Shown piece after piece: positions 63,605-64,000 of a stretch of DNA of 64,000 bases. Where the stretch lies: the NCBI RefSeq assembly GCF_006345805.1, contig NC_043000.1, positions 59,086,001-59,150,000 of the forward strand. Reading direction: 5' to 3'. This DNA comes from Octopus sinensis (Eukaryota). The notes beneath the pieces are model-generated. The model ran no database searches. It was not told the DNA's origin and worked only from the letters and a program-made list of their open reading frames with translations. Position 1 is the stretch's first letter, and each line of letters starts with the position of its first letter. The position numbers and the translations under genes were made by a program.

Positions 63605-64000
63605 TGTTATATAATCATCACAACAAACATGAACAATCAACGTCGCCCATTGTCTCCCTTGATAAAAGGACTTTCAGTTTGTTTCCCGCCAAAACAATTA
63701 ACTTGTACAACAACGGCAGTCGAATAAAGTATCTTGTATCGTTAACACGTTGTTTCAGTCTCTCTCATATTCTTAATCTTTCATACTAAGTACTCACTAC
63801 TTCCTTTAATACTCAATACATTATATATATATAACAACAACATGGTGTCAGAATACTAAAAGAACCCAAAATACAGAAACCAAAGGAAAAAAGAAGTTGA
63901 AATCATACTTCAAAGACGAAATGGAAAATTTACCGCATCCAAAAGACCTAGACTTTAATCAGGAAAATCTAGCCGCAGCATGGAAAAAGTGGAAAAAAGA
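63605..64000 (+). mobile_element. 5' end of a Gypsy (Mag-like) LTR retrotransposon: LTR, PBS and gag start
   Basis: LTR TGTTATATA...TATATAACAACAACA (63605-63842) with internal AATAAA; PBS TGGTGTCAGAA at 63843 (complementary to a tRNA-Leu 3' end); ATG at 63921 opening MENLPHPKDLDFNQENLAAAWKKWKK to the window edge. Confidence 0.85.

Noticed and set aside
63568-63789. ORF with FSLFPAKTINLYN resembling a LINE C-terminus
   Set aside because: It lies within the LTR defined by the inverted termini and PBS.

Overview
AT-rich, repeat-dense animal genomic DNA, most likely a coleoid cephalopod (Octopus-type SINEs, Helitrons, C2H2 gene; inferred, not database-confirmed). Supported genes: the last three exons of importin-13 (+, 971-3075); a complete five-coding-exon 40S ribosomal protein S12 gene (-, 8016-16331, 136 aa); a large FAM47-like exon (-, 25458-26363); and a single-coding-exon 13-finger C2H2 gene (-, 46100-47326). 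The most notable feature is absent from the ORF track. The last two RPS12 introns hold a birth-and-death array of eight related box C/D snoRNA copies: 4 intact, 1 partly degenerate and 3 decayed, with 7 of them in one 5-kb intron. The intact and partly degenerate copies carry the SNORD100-type guide for 18S rRNA Gm436. The rest of the window is mobile DNA: a decayed Tx1/L1 element, four non-autonomous Helitrons and a PIF1 fragment, a hAT element with an exact 8-bp TSD, a mariner and a mariner foldback, pogo/Tigger and Penelope remnants, MITEs, SINEs, and the start of a Gypsy LTR element at the right edge. Family assignments come from recalled motifs and need database confirmation.
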